Assembly (NCBI RefSeq): GCF_038025025.1
Contig: NW_027117353.1
Coordinates: 680,378-700,377 of the forward strand
Origin: Phyllosticta citribraziliensis
Lineage: Eukaryota
DNA length: 20,000 nt
Direction: 5' to 3'
Shown: positions 1-10,709 of the stretch, in pieces
Layout of the letters: each line of letters begins with the position of its first letter
How positions within the stretch are numbered: the first letter of the stretch is position 1
The notes under the pieces: model-generated
Seen by the model: only the letters and a program-made list of their open reading frames with translations
The model's database searches: none
What the model was told of the DNA's origin: nothing
Made by a program: the position numbers and the translations under genes

Positions 1-1
1 A

Positions 2-310
2 GCAAAGTCAAAGGGTGCAGCACCGCCGCCGCCAAAGCCCAAGCCTGCCCGTTTGGCAGGATCGTCGGCGGTGGAGAAATGCACTGCACTTTATGACTAC
101 GAGGCGCAAGCCGAAGGCGACCTGAGTTTCTCGGCTGGCGAGGTCATTGAGATTGTGAACCGGACGCAGAATGAAAATGAATGGTGGACGGGCAAGACAA
201 GAGGAAGAACGGGCCAATTTCCTGGTGAGCTAATCCTTTCTGCCCATGGGCTAGGGGACAACCAACTGATCTTGATTTCAGGAAACTATGTGCGCTTAAA
301 CCCGCAATGA
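2..310 (+). CDS. RVS167: 3' end of amphiphysin-like BAR-SH3 protein (C-terminal SH3 domain); partial, exons <2-224 and 282-310
   Basis: Pro-rich linker then [47 protein letters not shown], closely resembling the fungal Rvs167/Hob1 SH3. Intron 225-281 (GTGAGC..CTGAT..CAG) restores the FPGNYV motif. Stop TGA 308-310. Confidence 0.85.
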   Translation, partial: AKSKGAAPPPPKPKPARLAGSSAVEKCTALYDYEAQAEGDLSFSAGEVIEIVNRTQNENEWWTGKTRGRTGQFPGELILSAHGLGDNQLILISGNYVRLNPQ

Positions 311-3300
311 TAGAATCCTTCCATCGCATGTCGACTCTTCCTGTCCAATCTCCTTGTGGATAGACGGCGTTGCGTAATGCTACGGAGACCTCCCAACATC
401 CACATTTTTCACTGGGTTGACTTTCATCTTTTTCCTGGCTCCTCGTCCTTCGCCAACCCAAATGATATCACTTGTCGAATTACTCGCGCCGACGGACTCT
501 CGCAGGGCTACATCAGCTCTTCCACTGTAACCGCAACCATTGATTCCGGTTTCTACTTATCTTTCTGACGACGGAGTTGGGCTGGGAGCTGTTGGGTAGA
601 ATGCAAGGAACGATTGGGGGCGGGATGGCCGTGTGGTGGTTGGACGGACATGTGCCGCGAGGGTAGCACACGGAAAACTGGCAGCAAGTGAAGAGAACCT
701 CCTAGGCATCGGCGAGTCGTGTCACGTCTTGGGTGGCCCCTCGAGTGGTGCCAGCTGTGCACACTGCCACGGCTCGCCGCAAACATTAACGTGAGAGAAG
801 GAGGCGAGGAGGAGTGGATGTGAGAGGAACCCGTGCCTCTCTTCTTCGCTTGGGACGCTGTCTGCTCATCTTTCCGTCTGCTTGTCCGTCCGTCCGTATG
901 TGGCTGTTGTACAATATATACATTTTCGTTCGCCCTGCGCCTGTTCCTTGCTCGGTCTTCCTACCCCCCGACATGAAAAATATTACCTCGCTCATATCGA
1001 ATCACTCTTGACCTGCTGCCCCTTGGCCGTTCCTTCTGCTCATCCCTTGCTTCATCCGCCTCGAGCGCTAGCCGTCGTCTTACTTGCTGTCCTTGTGCTC
1101 AACCCCGTTCAACCACAACGCTGAAGATCCCATACTGGCGTGACGTCGATGGACTAAACAAGTGAGCTAGCTCAGCAGAAAGACAAACGCAGACACCCAC
1201 CAAAACCAAAGGACAACAAGTAACCTTCAAGTCTGGTTTTCCCCGCACGGTTGCTCATTTGCGCATCACCTCTTCCTCACATCCTGCATCGAGGCTGTCG
1301 ATGCATCGGAGTCTGAGAAGGGCTGGCGGCGCTTTATATACCCTCGAGTACTCCACATGGTACCCCTGATTCCGCACGTGAAGCATCCTTGCGCTACATC
1401 ACATGTGCGCGCATGCGGAGCCTCCTGGCGCGTGGAGGGCGGTCGTGACTGTGTGTGCAAGGGAGGGGGTGGTTGAGTGGTCGGTGCGGTTGTTGTGCTT
1501 GGTGTATATATATATCTTCTTGTGCCGCTGTGCTGCTGGTCACTTTTCTGAGAAAGGGGCTGTGCCTGATTGAGGAGGTGCGTCACAGGGTCTTCACACA
1601 CGTACTTTGCGCCGCTTCTTTTTGTTTTTCGTTTTTTTTTGAGATTCTGATTGTTGGAGAAGTGGAGAATGTAGGGGAGGAGTGGTGCATCTTGAGGAAT
1701 AATGCAAAATAGCGTGGAATTCAAAGGGGGAGCGGGGGCGTCATAATTTAATGCTGATGTCCTGCCACCTGGCACGATGGTAGAGCGGGATTCACGCTCA
1801 TAGGAAACTCATGGCGGCAAAATGGAAGCACCAGAAAAAAGCAAAAAGTCTGTGTTCACAGAGATCCTCTTCTAACGGAGCACAGTGGCCCAGCTGTTTC
1901 GTGGAATTAGAGCGACGCGCTCACTCGCAGTGTTGTAAAGCTCAGGACAAGCGGGAGGGAGTGCCCTTTTATACTCCGCCTGGATGGACCGCGCTGTCAG
2001 TACGAGCGGCAGGTTGTGAAATGCACCTACTGAGCGACCGCGGGATTATCCAGCTGACCAAAAAGTCGCATGGGGACTGCGGAATCGGAGCGGTTACCAG
2101 CCCCTGATTCGCACAGTGCTTCTGCCGCTGGAGTATTTAAGCAGGAACCGCCGCTCGTTGTTTTCTGGCATCGAATTGTCGGCTTGACGGGGCGCTTTAA
2201 AGCACTGCGGCCCCTAAAAAAATTCCAAGCCCTCCGTGTACTATGGTTACTTTTGTGCTGTCTTTCTCGATGTGCATTTCACAACCCATGAGAAGACAGA
2301 GACAAAAAAGAGCAATTGATGCATGGATTCATCGTCATTGATCGATACTTGTCAGCACTGCTGGTCCATTGTCTTCTCTGCCACTTTATCATGTTAAAGA
2401 AACGAATCGTGGGCAGATCACCCCTGAATCTGATCCCAATGGCATAAAACCAAGAAAGAAAAGAAACAAGTGGAACGTGTCGATATCCGAGATCACCGCC
2501 GCAGTACCACATATTCGCGGTGCCTTTGTTAAGGCAGCGGACTTTGCCCTGTTGCCAGCCAAACCAGGGGAGCCCGAAACCTCCTTTTATACTTCAGAGC
2601 CTTCACATCACAAGCCAACAGCAGCCAAAACTTCCATCCGCACGATCAATCTCGCGCGTGACGCCATGCAATCACAAGCTACCCATTTAGGGGTATCAGC
2701 AGACAGCACTCTTTGGCGGCCAGACCAAGCCAGCGCACCAACCTTCCACATGCTTGTCTTGTGGCCGCGTGTCTGTGCTGACCCGACAAGTATTTAAGCA
2801 GTGCTTCTCTTCGCGAATTTCTCTTGCATTCAACCCTCAGAAACTCCACTCGGGCGTAAATTATCGACTATGGCACTCTTTTTTGGCCGTTGCGGTATTA
2901 TCTCTCATTTTATGTCCTGGGAGACACCACGGTATCATCGCAGTCACTTGTTCCGGGAGTTTGAAACCGTCGTGTCTGTCCTGGCTATCGGGTCGGCTTT
3001 TGGTGAAGTGCTTCAGTTTTGTGAGAGTACGACATTCTTCGGCAACATTGCTCAGTGTTGACCTCCACTGTTAAAAGGGGTTGGATATCCTTCCACCAAG
3101 CCGGAGCTCAGAAAGAACTTGTGGACAGCAGGGGAGACGACGCGGGACGCCAAAAAGCTTTGTGAATGTCGAAGCCCGAGAGAAGCAAGTAGAAAAATGA
3201 TTGTCCCTTGTCTCTCCAAAAGCACTGGGAAGCAGTTGTTGATGTCAGGAACAATTGAAGAACAGGATCGATCAAGCCTTTAATACCACCACGACGCCGA

Positions 3301-4673
3301 AACCGGACCAGACACGCCTCCTGGCCCCTGGGTAGGCTTGTGAACTCCACTGCCCAGCGGACATGTGCGCAGCGGCAAACCCCGCGCTGTCGCCGCCGGA
3401 CGCGAAGTATTTAAGTAGCTGCTCCCTCCCTCCGGACACTCATTCATTTGCAGCGACGTCCTGGGGTCTTTCAAAGATGATTACATTGCAAGTTCCTGGG
3501 TACTCGTGCCTTTGCTTGTGGAGAGCAAAGAGCTATTGAGTTTCTCCGGTCGCTCGCCCGGCGCCCGGGTGCGAAGATCTTGGGAGGAGAGTACATCACA
3601 CCATGACGCCACTGTTTCATAACATGGAGATACACCAGAATCCAAGCTCTTTCATTGTGTCTCAATGTAGAGCACCAACAATCTGTTTTTTTGCATACCC
3701 CTGAGAGCTCCAAGTCAGCCCATCGCTCATCCGCTGCCGTCAGAGTCGTCATGACTTGAGCGGCAGCGGAAGACTCAGCAGTACTGTCCCCTCAATCTCC
3801 AAGAGAGACCGAATCTCGTATTTGAGGTGCCTGTTGAGCGAGGACGAGCTGCGGAAAGGCGAGACTTTATACCTCTTCATCCCTACGGTCTCCGGAAAAT
3901 GGCAGGTGATCCGCGACGTGGGAGGCAGACACGGCCACGACGACGTCTGACGGACCTGAGGAATGACCAAAGCGCCTGTCCATCGTGAGCGAAATCGGCT
4001 TCTTCAGCGCTTACACGTGAAGCGCCAATTTTCGAGGGTCGTCGAGCACTCAACGCCCCCCGTGACCGCATGCGTACATATTTTAGAGCATAGATACGTG
4101 GTGAGGTATGTTCCAACTCGCCTTTACATACTGCGCTGTAGCCGGGCATCATGCCGAACAAACCGCTTTCCCTAGACAGACCGGCGCAAAAAGGCCGTAC
4201 AGCATTCCATCGACAATCAACCGACAAATCCAATTCGCCTGGCACTCCCGCGTCCAAGAAATGAATGAAATCCACCGTGGTCCGTCTTCTTGGCATCATA
4301 TCCATACCAAAAAGAGAAGGAAAGACAAGTCCTGTGCAACCAAGGCCAATCGACGATACGAAACCAGACAGGCCAGAGCCCAGCGAGCGAGCATGGAGCC
4401 TCCATCGTGGCTGATGACAATAACACAAAAGAAAGAACTCCGGCACGCCTTCTATGCTCCAAATCCAGGACAGATTGATGGGAGTAGGTAGGTAGGACAG
4501 AAGAAGCAAGGTGATAGACAGGAAGAATCTCGAGCAAGACGCCGACCGCTTTTCCCAGTCGTCCAAGCCTTGCATCCACAAATTCAAAATCGACATATGA
4601 CACAGCTCTTCCTCTTCATCTCTCTTCGGCCATCACCATCATGCAGACATAAAGGGAGGCGGGCAAATCCCGC

Positions 4674-6785
4674 TCACACGTCCGAGCTGTCCATGGCCCA
4701 AATCTCAATGTCCTTGACGGCGCTGCGGTCTACGCGCTTGACGACGCGCCGCACGTCCTTGTCGCGCTCCTCTTCCGGGCGGCCCCCGCCATTCCAGTGT
4801 TTCCGGGCCTGGATGCCGGGTCCGCCTTTGCCCACGCCATTGGCCCCATGAGCTCCTCGCACGCCAGGGCTGTTTTCCGGAGTGCTCGACGAGCCGCTGC
4901 TGCCGCTACCATTCAGGGCAAATGGACTCGCATTTGCACTTGACACCGTCGTCAACCCCCCGCAGTAAAACACCGTGTCGGCAATCCCGAGCCACCGCAT
5001 GTTGTCCCACTCTTTCCGCCGCAACTCGAGGGACAAGATACGCTCGCCCAGCGCGCCGGCAGCCGCGTCGAGCGGATCCATGCCGGGGACATTGCCCGGC
5101 CCGTACATTAGCAGCCTTAGCGCAAAAAGCTTGGGTGTGTGGTGTAGTGCGCTGCGCACCGCGCCCGGGTTCTTGTCTTCCATTGCGACACCGAGTTGTT
5201 CGAGATTCGGGCACGCGCGGAGGAGCGAATTGAGAGATGAAGGTGTTAGGAGCCATTGGTCGGAGAGCAGGAGGTGCCGCAAGCTGCCGCCAATATCGCG
5301 CGTTATGGCGGCGAGGTAGTCGGCGGCGAGGGCGGCATTTTCCCGGCCAATCCGTGGTGAAGGGGCGGTGGTTGAGGCGGATGGAGGATTCAGGTCTGGT
5401 GTGCGAGGAGAATTGGTTGGATTGCTGATTTTGAATTCGTTGGGCGCGTTGGACGTGTAGACGTGGGTTTGGTGTGCGATACCGTTGGCTGGGCTAAAGG
5501 CCGCGCTATTGCTGGTGGTGCTGGGAGAGCGCTGTGACTGCTGTCTTCGGCGTGTGCTGACCGTGATGAGGGTTTCGAGCTGCTTCAGTTGCCCCAGCAT
5601 CTGCACTGCGTTTTTATCCATGGAATCGCCCCGCATTGTCTTGAGGTTCTTGGGGACATGCTTTGGAGCAAACAGGCGCCAGGTGTCGTCCACAAAAACT
5701 GTCATGGCTTCTTCGGTTTGGCAGTTGATGAAGATCATGTGCTCCAGCGTGTCGACGCTTATGACATCCTCCATGTCTATGCTGTCTGCTCTCGTGTAGA
5801 GGTTGACCAGAGCAAACCTTCTGAGTTGTAGGGTAGTCTTTGCAGCCACGCAGCGACCAAAATAGGTGTTGAGATTGGTGCTTTCTTCGCCTTCGTCTCG
5901 CATTCGTGGGCTGAAGTGCATTGTCAGGGCCTCGAGCTGTTTGGCATGCATGAGCATGATTGATATGTCGTCGGGATAACAGAGAGGATCTATTTCCAAG
6001 GCTTTGAACTCGCGCAGGTTTGGGAGAGGGGGTATCACAACGGTGGGCCGGGGTATTCGCGTATTTGGAAATTTAAGGGTGAGCGAGGTGAGCGAAGGGC
6101 AGGCCATTGCGCCTTGGTATATTGTGGAGAGCGGTTTGGTGTTTAGTTCCCAGCTGCGCGCGCACGTCAGCCAAAGCCCGTCGCATTTCTTGCGAAGCTG
6201 CCATACCCAAAATGCTCCATCCTGTCCATGCGATCCATTGCCGCTCTCACGGCTATGTTGAGCATCATTGAATTGTCTGGAACGCGGCCTTTGGCGAAGT
6301 CGTCAATGTCGCTTTCGCGCCATTCTCCAACCAACCGGAAGCTGCGCACATAGCGCGCTACATTCTTGGTGACCAGCCCATTCAAACCCATTGTGAAGGG
6401 GCTGCCGCTCCCGAAACCCTCGGGCCGTCCATTTTCTTTGTAGCGCAATTCGCTGTAGGATCGCAGTGTCACCTTTTCGTAGAGGCGGGGCAAGGTCATG
6501 TAGTACAGGAGCCGCGAGGTCCGTGTGATGCGGGCGAGGTCATCGATTTCGTCGACCTGGAGCGCGTTGGCTGTCAGCTCGTCTCTTCAAGCGGCGCATC
6601 CGCACACAGTCGACGCCCGGGCACAGGCAGAAGCGGTCAACACACACATGGGAGAGGATCAGGGCCAACAGGTTGAGCGGCAGGTTGCGATGGTGGTAGG
6701 CGGGGACAGGACTGGTGTAGGCGATGGGCATCTGGGGCGCGTGGAGCGCGTCGATGTTGATCTTTTGTTGGTTGGTCGTCGGCAT
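4674..6785 (-). CDS. Fungal F-box-like protein with LRR/RNI-like C-terminal region, ~655 aa; exons 6785-6648, 6556-6207, 6153-4674
   Basis: Spliced N-terminus LPLNLLALILSH|VDEIDDLARITRTSRLLYYMTLPRLYE is F-box-like. Introns 6647-6557 (GTGTGT..GCTGAC..CAG) and 6206-6154 (GTATGG..GCTGAC..CAG) give a continuous 1968-nt frame. LRR-like segments include LRHLLL and CPNLEQLGV. Confidence 0.8.
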
Positions 6786-7400
6786 GGCGGCTGGGGGTTG
6801 CTGGGGTCCTCAGGTTGCGGGCGCCGGCGCCAGGGTCGGCGGGGTCTTGTCGAAGTTGGTCCCAAGGCTCGCGCAGCTTTTGGGCGATGTGCGAATCTGA
6901 TATCGGCAAGACTGCATTGGCGGTGGGTGACGAGGTTCTTTGAGCGCTGTGGCTTGTCCGGATTGCAGGGACCAAAAGAGACACCGGATGGTCGTGGAGC
7001 CGGCTGTTAGCTTAGCACAAGCTAGCTTGAGGTTCCCCGGGAGCGACCAGCGACCCCTGCCCCCGTGCATCGCATCCACCATCCTCTGTGCCCGCTGCTG
7101 ATGCGAATCCGAACGTCATACCTTTTGCTTTCCTTTACTTCTTGCATCACTCCCAAGAGCCCATCATTATTACTCATCACTGGCAGCTACATGCACCAGA
7201 ACCACGCCCGCCGTACAGTAGTCCCATCCAATCCACTTCGCCCGAAACCCCCTCCCGCTGCTTGCATGGATATACTCAAAACCGCCGCACGCTACAGTGG
7301 GCGTTCGTGTGTCTCCCCCGACGCATTTCGTCCGAAAAATCAAACCTCAGTCCACCTTGTCCTGGATCCCCACGGCATCATCCCCTTCCACCCCGTAGAC

Positions 7401-9372
7401 TTAAAAACCCGTGCTCCTGTGAATCCAAGGAGCCTGTCCGTCGTAGCGAGCTCCGGGCGCAGTGAATGGGATCGCCAGAGTCCCGTCAAACACCCCAAAA
7501 TCCGGCACCTGGCCCGCCTCGCTTCCCTTGCCCGCCGCCAGCTCCCTCGGTACAGGGATCAGCACGCCACACTCATAGTTGCGAACCGTCAACTTCGGCG
7601 TTCTGGTCTCCCGATCTGTCGTCATGGAGCCCCAAGCGCTCTCCGTCAGGTTGGCGCTGCCGACGTACACCCACGCAACCTTGACGTCCCTGTCTCCGTC
7701 ATCCTCGCGTCGTCCGCGAGCCAACATGATCTTGTTGTGGCTCAAGACACCCTCCCTCGTCGACTTGTGATCATGCATTACCTCTTTCGGAAAGGTGGGA
7801 GCGTCGTAGAATTTCTTCATGAGGGTGATGGTGCTGGCTGCATTGGGGCCACCTCTGCTGGATTCGACTGTGTTTTGCGTCGGAAAATACACTCTGAACT
7901 TTGAAGCCAGATCAGCCGCGGAGATGTCAGTCGCATTCCTGAGGGTCAACGGTTTGACCTCTTGGCCTGTCTCTCGTCAGCAACGAGCTAAGCCCCCGCT
8001 TGAGCCAGGATACTGACCTCGTGCAGCAGCAAGCATCTGAGTGAGGAAGGTTTTCTTGAGGGCGCCGAGCGACGAGGTCGCGTAATCGAGTTTGAGGAAA
8101 TTAGTCTGCAGACCCAGCTTCTTCACGGCGTGGGAAAGACCTGTGATGCCAGTTCGCTGTGCATCGTCACCGACGTGAGTGCCGGCCCTGTCAGAGTCAG
8201 CATTGGCAAAGAGCAGGCTTCTTCTTTGACACTTACATTGAATGAACAAACGCAATGTCCCTGGTGCGCGAAAAGTCGAATTTGTAGAGGCTCTGGACGA
8301 TGGCAGGGCGCATGTCCACGTAGCGCAAGTAGCGAATCAGCTCTTTGCCAAAGAAGGTCATGTTCTCTTCGCTGGTTGTATGGCCGTCCAGAAGACGTGG
8401 GAGGTCGACAAGGAAGACACTGTTCTCCATGTTGCCCCTCTCGCCCCAGTCATAGTCTGTCAAGTTGGCCGAAGTGACGACAACGCGAAGGTGGGTTGGG
8501 AACGACAGGATGAGGAATTTGCCGTGGTTGATAGTCCTGATGCCACTCATGTCGAGAAAGCGAACGGCCAAGTTTGGTATCATAGACGGGCCTTCAGCGA
8601 AGGAGTCCTTCATGGCCTGGTCCGTGGCGCCGATGGCCCAGACCTGGCTGGTCTTGGACGGGTCGATCTTGTTCATCCACCAAGCCGTGTCGAATTGGAA
8701 AGCGCTGAGAGCCACCAATTGCAGCTTGTCCTTTTGTAAGATCTCTTCAATCTTAACATCGTTTCCCCGCGGCTGTCCAAAGCACCACGTCTTTTTGATT
8801 GTCGGGTTCAAGTACCGCAGCCCGGTAGCATTTGGTCCGGCATAACCGGTAGATGTGTGATGTTGGCGCTGCGCGTAGTAGCCGTAGGTCGAAGTGGAGT
8901 CAGGCGTGGGCGTCGAATTCGCGAGTGCGAGGTTGCGACGGATGCCATAGGCTGGCTCTCGCGGGACATCGTGGAAGCTCTCAAGAGACCGAAGGTTGGC
9001 GCTGGAAGCCTGCTCTGCGAGACCGCTTCCACGGGCCTTCTTGGTGTTGGGAGCTTTGTCATCGTCGGAATTAGGGTCGACCTGATTGAGCGCGCGCTTT
9101 CGCGCCGCGTTCTGACGTGCCAGGCGTTCCATCTCCATTTGCTTCCTATCGATTGTGGCGAACGAAGAGCTGGGATTTGTCGCAGACGGTCGCTGTTCGA
9201 TGTTGGCACCTGATTGAAGTGGGGATGGTCCTAGGGCGTCACCAGTCTCGTTGGTTGTGGGTGGTTGAGGCGACGCAGGTGGGTGGGAGGAGTTTTGAGT
9301 TGTTGGGCGAGCGGGCTCTTGCCCGAGAGACATGGCAATCGCCAGCTGGAGCTCCTCGTCTTCGCTGGACAT
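7401..9372 (-). CDS. TDP1: Tyrosyl-DNA phosphodiesterase 1-like (PLD superfamily) with N-terminal ubiquitin-interacting motif, ~623 aa; exons 9372-8237, 8187-8018, 7966-7401
   Basis: Two HxK..N motifs: NHGKFLILSFPTHLRVVVTSANL and SHNKIML..WVYVGSANLTESAWG, plus RNYECGVL. UIM SEDEELQLAIAMSLG at the start. Introns 8236-8188 (GTAAGT..CAG) and 8017-7967 (GTCAGT..GCTGAC..CAG) give an 1872-nt frame. It may be a paralog rather than the canonical TDP1 ortholog. Confidence 0.85.
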
Positions 9373-9916
9373 GGCCGCCGACACATGTGATGCAAGTGGA
9401 ATGGCATCGTGGTGATGAAGATGATGTCGTTGCTGTAGCCGTCGCGTCGCAGCCGAACCCGACGCGACTTGCGGCACACGCACAGTCACGTGTATTCTAG
9501 GTTGTCTTTACCTTATTAGGAAGTATACCCGAGGCGGCAACCCCCGCATGCATGCCCCGGTGTTTTCCGTTGTTTTCCTGTCCTTTGTGCACTTCGGTCT
9601 GCTGAAGGCACCGCTGTGCTACTTTGCATGCACAAACGCATTTCTACTCTGAAATTGCCCCATGTACGTCTGCTGGAAGCCCGAGCTGCAGTCCCGCCTG
9701 TTGGTCTTACTCCTCTTTTTTCAGAAATAGCACGGATGAAGGAGCTTCCGACTTCCCCTAGACTGCTTTTCTGCTTTGGGTGAGCACGGAGAAAAGTGAT
9801 GCCACGAGAAGCAGCGAGAGAAGGCCTTTGGGAAAATCCTTTGGCACATGCGTAGGCCATGTTCATCCTCAAATTCCCTCCACCAAAGAGTGATATGCTA
9901 GCGCGGAACCAACCAA

Positions 9917-10351
9917 TCAACCCCCATGCAGGGTAGATACAAACAGCACAGTGTCGCCCTTTTGAAGCTCGTACTGCTCCTCTCCTTCCAATTCCCAGTC
10001 AGCCTCGTTGATGAGAACGAGGATACCGGGTCGTCTGCCGAAGAAATGAGCGAGGATACGGCGTCGGCCTCGGGGCAGGACTTACACAGTATCATCAAGC
10101 ACAAAGAGGTCTTTCCGGTGGTCCTTCATCGTGTTCTTGCACAGGTACCGCACGAGAAAGGCAACGTTGGCAGGGTTTCCGTCCTCGCCTTTGGCTGGCA
10201 GAGCAATGTCATGCTTGCGCTGGTTTGAGAACAACATCTCGAGACCTCCTCTGCTCCTCGTTAGCACAGAAAGCTGGAGATGTTCTTTGAACGCAACCTA
10301 CGTAAATTCCACCGTCACTGGTACCACATCTTGGCCGGATGCTGTCGCCAT
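9917..10351 (-). CDS. URM1: Ubiquitin-related modifier 1, 110 aa; exons 10351-10302, 10250-10086, 10034-9917
   Basis: Spliced product [76 protein letters not shown] has the Urm1 signatures [23 protein letters not shown] and C-terminal STLHGG. Two 51-nt GT-AG introns. Confidence 0.97.
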
Positions 10352-10709
10352 GTTTTTGCTCTAAAGTCGTTGCCGCCGGAGTCAGGTACTTGCGCAGGAC
10401 TAGCGTCGGTGATAACGAGCCGTTGCTTTCGAATTTTGCTCGTGAGAATCTTCGGGTCTCACGCTTTGCTCGTGGAATCTGGTTGCCTCGATTTTCTGGG
10501 CCGTTTGATGATGTTTGATCGTTGGGCAGCGCAACGTCGTCTCTACCGCGGCGGCAAAATTACGCGAGGGAGCTAGCGCCAAAATTTCCTGGTGTTGAGC
10601 CACACCATCAACAACACCACGCACTTCGCCCGACGCACACCTGCCCGGAAAGTCCATTGCAAAGCTTAAGCAGAAAAAGCAAATCTGACCGACACCCAGT
10701 GCTCCAGAC
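10352..10709. promoter_or_regulatory. Short divergent intergenic region shared by URM1 and ELP2 (probable bidirectional promoter)
   Basis: Only 358 bp separate the two start codons on opposite strands, and this must hold both 5' UTRs and promoters. No specific binding site assigned. Confidence 0.6.

Noticed and set aside
1285..1305. Hairpin TGCATCGA-GGCTG-TCGATGCA
   Set aside because: An 8-bp stem is expected by chance in 20 kb, with no supporting context.
3883..4596. 237-aa minus-strand ORF downstream of the F-box gene
   Set aside because: No recognisable motif, composition unlike a folded protein, and it overlaps the likely 3' UTR. Not supportable as a CDS.
7065..7904. 279-aa plus-strand ORF
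   Set aside because: Mostly antisense to the last TDP1 exon, so a shadow ORF.
9373..9489. N-terminal extension of TDP1 with a His run (from the ORF track)
   Set aside because: It starts at a non-ATG codon. The ATG at 9372 has good context (GCGGCCATG) and opens directly into the UIM. An in-frame upstream start cannot be supported.
10505..10515. TGATGA box C-like motif between URM1 and ELP2
   Set aside because: No suitably spaced box D with terminal stem or recognisable guide sequence.
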